Origin: the human T2T-CHM13v2.0 reference genome, Homo sapiens
DNA length: 64,000 bases
Reading direction: 5' to 3' (one strand)
NCBI RefSeq assembly: GCF_009914755.1
Contig: NC_060931.1
Positions 58,301 through 64,000 of the stretch are shown here, in pieces. The position numbers and the translations under genes were made by a program. The first letter of the stretch is position 1. Every line of letters begins with the position of its first letter. Under the pieces are notes generated by a model. It saw only the letters and a program-made list of their open reading frames with translations, was not told where the DNA came from and did not search any database.

Positions 58301-59206
58301 GCATCCTGAAACTCTACATTGCCTCATGGCTGTGAATTTCAATCCTTTTTAAAAAATGAATATTGCCCTTTTTCATTTGGGGCAGAGTCACAGTATATAA
58401 TTTTATGCAAAGTACTTTATGTTCTAGGTTAGAGACAAGAACTGGAGTATTGATGCCAGAGCACATTCCTTTAGCATTTTCCAGATTTACTTTCATCTAC
58501 TGGATTATATGACAAGCAGTGTACAAAGAATAATAGATAAAGAGGATTCAGAGACACACACATAACCATGAAGAAATGGCAGAGAAAGTGGGCACAGAGG
58601 GCATTGGGTAAGGAGAGGGCTAAATTTGCTTAGGAAGATGTAAGATGTCTTCTAGAAAGGAGAGCAAACCAAGACTTTTCTAGTTGAATTATCAGAAGAA
58701 AGCAAAAAAGGGCTCTTCAAGTAGGGGGCAGAAGTGAAAAGGCACAAGGGTCTGGAAAAACTATGAAACCAATAGAACTTTGGAATAGCTAGAGTTTAAG
58801 ATGTGGGGGAGAGTGTTATGGGGACAAGAGCAATTATACTGTGAAGGGACTTGTAGGTGATGCTAAAAAGTTTTTCTTGTGGGTCAACCTTTCACAAACT
58901 ATATTCTAAGGAATATTAATTCCTGCAAGATATTATTAGGAATTCCAGAATAAAGGGCCCCAGGACAGGTTAAGTGTAGGAACACTGCACTCTCAAACAC
59001 TACATCCTGAACTACAAGGAATACAGTGTTCCCCAAATGGGTTAGTAACCTCATCTCATGGGACATCAACAAAACTCAAGTACAAGGTGTCCTGAGACAC
59101 AATTTAGGAAATGATGGCACAGGGAATAAGGAATGCCTACAACATATGAAGCATCGGCAATAAATGGTCAAATCGGTATTTTGGAAAGATACTCTGGCTT
59201 CAGGGC

Positions 59207-59583
59207 TGTATTAGTCTGTTCACACACTGCTATGAAGAAACACCCAAGACTCGGTAATTTATAAAGGCAAGAAGTTTAATTGACTTATAGTTCTGCATTG
59301 CTGGGGAGGCCTTAGCAAACTTACAATCATGGCGGAAGGCAAAGGAAAAGCAGGCATCTTCTTCACAGGGCAGCAGGATGGAGTGAGTGCAAGCAGGGGA
59401 AATGCCAGATGCTTATAAAACCATCAGATCTTGTGAGACTCACTCACTATCATGAGAATAACATGGGGGAAACCACCTCCATGAGCCAATTACCTCCACC
59501 TGCTCCCACCCTTGACACATGGGGATTATAGGGATTATAATTCAAGATGAGATTTTGGGTGGGAACACAGCCAAACCATATCA
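59207..59583 (-). mobile_element. THE1 (THE1D-like) solo LTR
   Basis: TG...CA termini (tgtattag / ccaaaccatatca), 377 bp, 5-bp TSD agggc/agggt; sits in L2-like sequence. Confidence 0.92.
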
Positions 59584-59959
59584 AGGGTGAAGTGGGGGAC
59601 CATGGTGGAGATCAGTAAGGCAAGAATTTAAATGAGGAAATGATGAGGGCCTGAAGACTATAGTACTGCCAGTGAGAATGGAATGAGGCAGAAAAGGGAG
59701 TGTTTAGGAGACTGACTCAAGGCCCTGATGTCCTCCTGTGTGATGTGCTTGAGCAGATTCTATAAAGACAGGGACACTAGGATGACGAGATTTTACAATG
59801 GGGTGATCAGTACTGCCAATGGAGACAGCAAATGCAAAACAAGAGGCACCTGGGGTGGGGTGGAGGTGATATGGGTATTTTTAGACTCTGACCTTGTAGA
59901 GATGTACAGAAAGCAACTGGAAATACGGGATTTTAGGTGATAAAAATTAGAGGAACAAT

Positions 59960-60206
59960 AATAACAATATCAACTAATATTTAACAATGCATTGGCCACT
60001 GTTCTAAGACTCTATCTGTATTAACATACTTACTATTCACTAACACTAATAAATGCTACTATTATATTACTCCTACTTTATAGGAGAGGAAAACTGAGCC
60101 ACAGAAAGCTTGTTTAAGTAACTTGACTAAGATCAGACAGCTAGTGGAGGAGTTGAAATTTGAACCCAGGTCAGAAGTTGGGCTTTTAATTGCTATTCTG
60201 CACTGC
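59960..60206 (-). mobile_element. MIR
   Basis: gaggaaaactgagccacaga...ttaagtaacttgactaagatcagacagctagt...atttgaacccaggtc. Confidence 0.8.
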
Positions 60207-61210
60207 CTTTCACATACAGAGCTGGGAATCACAAGCATAGAGTTAAAGCTGGAAGTGGAAAAGTCACAGAAATTTGTAGAAAAAGTTCAATAGAGGACCA
60301 ATGATGGTGGCCCAAGAAGTAACAGCATTTAGTTGCCAGTGGAGAGAGAAGGGCACAGAGAGGGAAGGCCAAGACCTTTTCTAGGCACATAAAATGTGTA
60401 TATAGTAGGGAGGGACACATACTGTTTAGTACTGTGTGTGATTGAGAACTTGGGCTCGTTCTCATGTTATTTGTGGAAATATGTGAGGTAAGAAGAGGAT
60501 CTAAAGGTAGCCTTGAAGAGGAGAGGTAAAAAGAAGAAAGTGCAGTTTATTTTTATCCAGATGTAGCAAATATATTTGTGAATATGCACAGAACAATTAA
60601 AATATTGAAAGAAATATCTGGGATACGAGAAATTCACTGTTATTTTCATCTACTTTATGTTGAGTTAATTATTATGATATAAAAATGTCTACGACATGAC
60701 TCTTAGAATTTGACAGTGTAGTAACAGTTAATATAGAAACCGCATATTTTAATTTTTATGGGCTGGTTGCTCTTTACAGATTTCCCAGAGACGTAGAATC
60801 AGTTAAGTGCATTGGATTAAGGATCTGAAGCTCAGAGGTTTGGATCCTGATTCTCACTAATTAATTAGGTGTTTGATGCTCATCAGTTTAATAAAGGACT
60901 TTGAGAACTATGTTCCTATCAGTGACTGAGGATAAGACTGCCCATTTCATTAGAGGCAGAGTCACAATATATAATTTTATGCAAACTACTTTATTCTATG
61001 TTCATTTCATAGGTTTTATAAGGCTTAAATAAAGTCACAAATGTACAGTTACAGTGGCAGTTTCACAGTAGGTACTTCATAACTCTTTTAAAAAAGTCAT
61101 TTCTTCCTTGGTAAAAACAAGTGTGAACAAACTGTCTTATAGGCTATTTTTTTTTTAATATCCTGAAGTTTAAAGGTTTACATGCCAGTCTGGATGAAGA
61201 TTCACCAGAG

Positions 61211-61405
61211 CAGTGTTTCTCAAAGTCTGGCTCATGGTTCCCTATTGTAAAATAACCATGGTGGCTGGTTAAACATGCACATTCCTTCCCCTCTTCCCAA
61301 ACTTAAGACTCAGCATCACTGGAGATTGGGGTATGGAAATCTGCATTTTAACAGTTCTCAGGTAATTTTTTTGTGTATGTGTGCTAACATTTAAGAATCA
61401 TTGCC
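61211..61405. mobile_element. MER5B/MER5A-like DNA transposon
   Basis: cagtgtttctcaaagt...ggaaatctgcattttaaca...caggtaatt...tttaagaatcattg. Confidence 0.7.
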
Positions 61406-61449
61406 TTACAAGATGTTTTAGTTTTTCTTAATGAAATAAAACCACAATC

Positions 61450-64000
61450 TATCCTGCCTGTGGACCCTGGTATCACGCCTGCCCAAAGGCCCTAACAGCT
61501 GGCCCACACAACATTTCTAGCTGGGGTGAGTGATCCAGGGCTTTTCCTGCTGAAGTCAATCGGTAAATAGTGGAAAAGGTCACTGTTTTTCCAAAGGTGC
61601 AGATACCAATGTAAGGCTACAGGGATCATGAAGAATCAGGGAAACATGACACCATCAAAAGAATAAAATAAAGCTGACCAATAACAAATAAGGAGACTCA
61701 ATCTGTATTCAAAAACCTCTCAACAAAGAAATGGCTTCAAAAGTGAATTCTACCAAACATTTAAAGAAGTGAATTCCACCAAACATTTAAAGAAGAATTA
61801 ATGCCAATTCTCTTTAAACACTACCAAAAAAAACCCCAAAAAACAGAAGAGGGAACACTTCCAAACTTATTCTATGAGGCCAGCATCACCCTGATACCAA
61901 AGCCAGACAAAAGATACTGCCAGAAAAGAAAACTATAAGCCAAGATAAACATGGATACAAAAATCTTCAACAAAATACTAGCAAACTGAATTCAACAGCA
62001 CATTAAAAAATCATACACCATCACCAAATGAGATTGATCCCTAGGATCCAAGGATGTTTGAATATAAGCAAGTCAGTTGTTATGACACACCACATTAATA
62101 GAATGAAGGATAAAAATCACCAAGATCATCTCCATAGATGCAGAAAAACACTTGACAAAACTAAGTAATGTTTCATGATAAAAGCATTCAAAATATTAGG
62201 AACAGAATGAAATTATCTCGACATAATAAAGGCTATATGAAAAGCTCACAGTTGACATCATATTCAGTGGTGAAAAAATAACTTTTTTCTCTAAGATACA
62301 GCATGAGACAAGGATGCCCACACTTACCACTTCTATTCAACATAGTACTGGGAGTCCTAGCCAAAGTAAGTAGACAAATAAAATAAAATAAAATAAAATA
62401 AATAAGTAAAGAAGAAAAAGAAAAGAAATACAAGGCATGCAAATCAGGAAAGAACAAGTAAAATTATCTCTGTTTGCAGATTACATGATCTTAATATGTA
62501 GAAAACCCTAAAGACTCTACAAAAAAGAACTGTTAGAATAAACAAATTCAGTAAAGTTGCAGAAAAAAAATCACAGACAAACTATCACAAGATCAGAAAA
62601 CCAAACACCGCATGTTCTCACTTGTAAATGGGAGTTGAACGAGAAAACATGGACACAGGGAGGAGAACATCATATACTGGGGCCTGTCGGGGGCTGTGGG
62701 GATAGGGGAGGGCTAACATTAGGAGAGATACCTAATGTAGGTGACGAGCTGATGGGTGCAACAACCACTATGGCAGGTGTATACCTATGTAGCAAAAGTG
62801 CACATTCTGCACATGTATCCCAGAACTTAAAGTATAATTTTAAAAAGTCATTCATATATCTGTATACTAACAATGCACTATTTGGAAAGGAAGTTCAGAA
62901 AACAATCTCATCTACAATAGCATCAAAAATAATGCAGTACTTAGAAATATACTTAACCAAGAAGGCAAAAAATGTGTACACTGAAAAGTATAAAACACTG
63001 AAGACATTAAAGCAGACAACAAATAAATAAAAAAATCCCATGTTCATGAATTACAATAATTATTATAGTCAAAATGTCCATACTACTTAAAGTGATCTAC
63101 ATATTTAATGCAATCTCTATCAAAATCCTAATGGCATTTTTTTTAAAGTAACAGAAAAAGCAATCCAATCCTAAAATTCATCTGGAACCACAAAAAGCTT
63201 CAAATAACCAAAACAATTCCGAGCAAAAGAATAAATTGGAGGCACCACACTTCCTAATTTCAAAATCTATTACAAAGCTAAAATAATCAAAAAAGTAAAC
63301 AATGTTAACTTTTTTAAGTAAACTTTTTAATGTAAACAACGTTACTGGCATAAAAGCAGATGTATAGGCCAATAGAACAAAACAGAGAGCTCAGAAATAA
63401 ACCCACACACATACGGTCAACTGATCTTTGACAAGAGTGTCAAGAGAAAAGGATGGTTTCTTCAATAAATAGTGCTGGGAAAAGTGGATGTACACATACA
63501 AAAGAATAAAAGAATAAAAGTTGACCCTTATCTTACAACATAAACAAATGGATCAACAAAACCATCAACTAAACACCATCAAGTAAAAATGGATTAAATA
63601 ACTTAAGACCTCAAACCATAAAACTTCTAGAATAAAACATAGGGAAAAAGTTTCTTGACATTGGCCGTAGCAATGACTTCTTGGCTATGATACAAAAAGC
63701 ACAGGCAACAAAATATTTTTTAAAATGAGATTATATCAAGTAAAACAGCTTTTGCACAGCAAGGGAAACAATCAACATAATGAAAAGGCAACCTACAAAA
63801 TGGGAGGAAATGTTTACAAACTATTTGTCTGATAAGGAGTTGACATCTAAAACTCAATAGCCAAAAAAAAAAAATTAAAAATTAAAAAAATGAGCAAAGC
63901 ACTACATCTCTAATGAACATGTATAAATGGCCAACAGGTATACGAAAAGGAGCTTAACATCACTAATCTTTGGAGAAATGCAAATCAAAATCACAGTGAG
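61450..64000 (+). mobile_element. Old L1 (L1MA/MB-like), internally deleted, degenerate ORF2; continues past the window
   Basis: ttctatgaggccagcatcaccctgataccaaagccagacaaa, agatgcagaaaa, agacaaggatgccca and aatgcaaatcaaaa ORF2 motifs with many stops. Confidence 0.93.
62578..62846 (+). mobile_element. Younger L1PA 3' UTR fragment nested in the old L1
   Basis: caaacaccgcatgttctcact...gagatacctaatgta...tgcacatgtatcccagaacttaaagtataa interrupts ORF2 between gttgcag...atcac and tatactaacaatg. Confidence 0.85.

Noticed and set aside
62557-63030. 157-aa plus-strand ORF
   Set aside because: Chance fusion of an L1PA 3' UTR insert with degenerate old ORF2.

Overview
Primate (most likely human) genomic DNA carrying the 3' end of CADPS2 (Ca2+-dependent secretion activator 2, CAPS2) on the minus strand. 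Five GT-AG coding exons (48900-48983, 48758-48790, 33537-33644, 13433-13537, 8152-8325) splice in frame to 167 aa ending ...[18 protein letters not shown]. None of them is captured by the supplied ORF track. The terminal exon continues into a 3' UTR of up to about 1.75 kb with several AATAAA signals. About 1 kb beyond it lies a CpG island (~4440-5340). From recall of the human locus (7q31.32, not verifiable here), positions 1-6.3 kb are the interval toward FEZF1/FEZF1-AS1. The remainder is AT-rich intron with 19 Alus, old L1s, L2/MIR/CR1, MER5, a MADE1 remnant, a THE1 solo LTR, two minisatellites and microsatellites. I found no new gene, RNA gene, CRISPR array or previously undescribed multi-gene system. 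The most unusual observation is an ancient MLT1 LTR fragment, ending at its own poly(A) site and carrying an A26 tail, sitting inside a much younger Alu; this looks like a retroposed LTR-terminated cellular RNA. Other leads are inverted Alus bracketing an in-frame exon, strand-biased 3' UTR hairpins, two local dispersed duplications and motif-dense candidate neural enhancers. Repeat family names come from recognising consensus motifs by eye and need RepeatMasker/Dfam confirmation.
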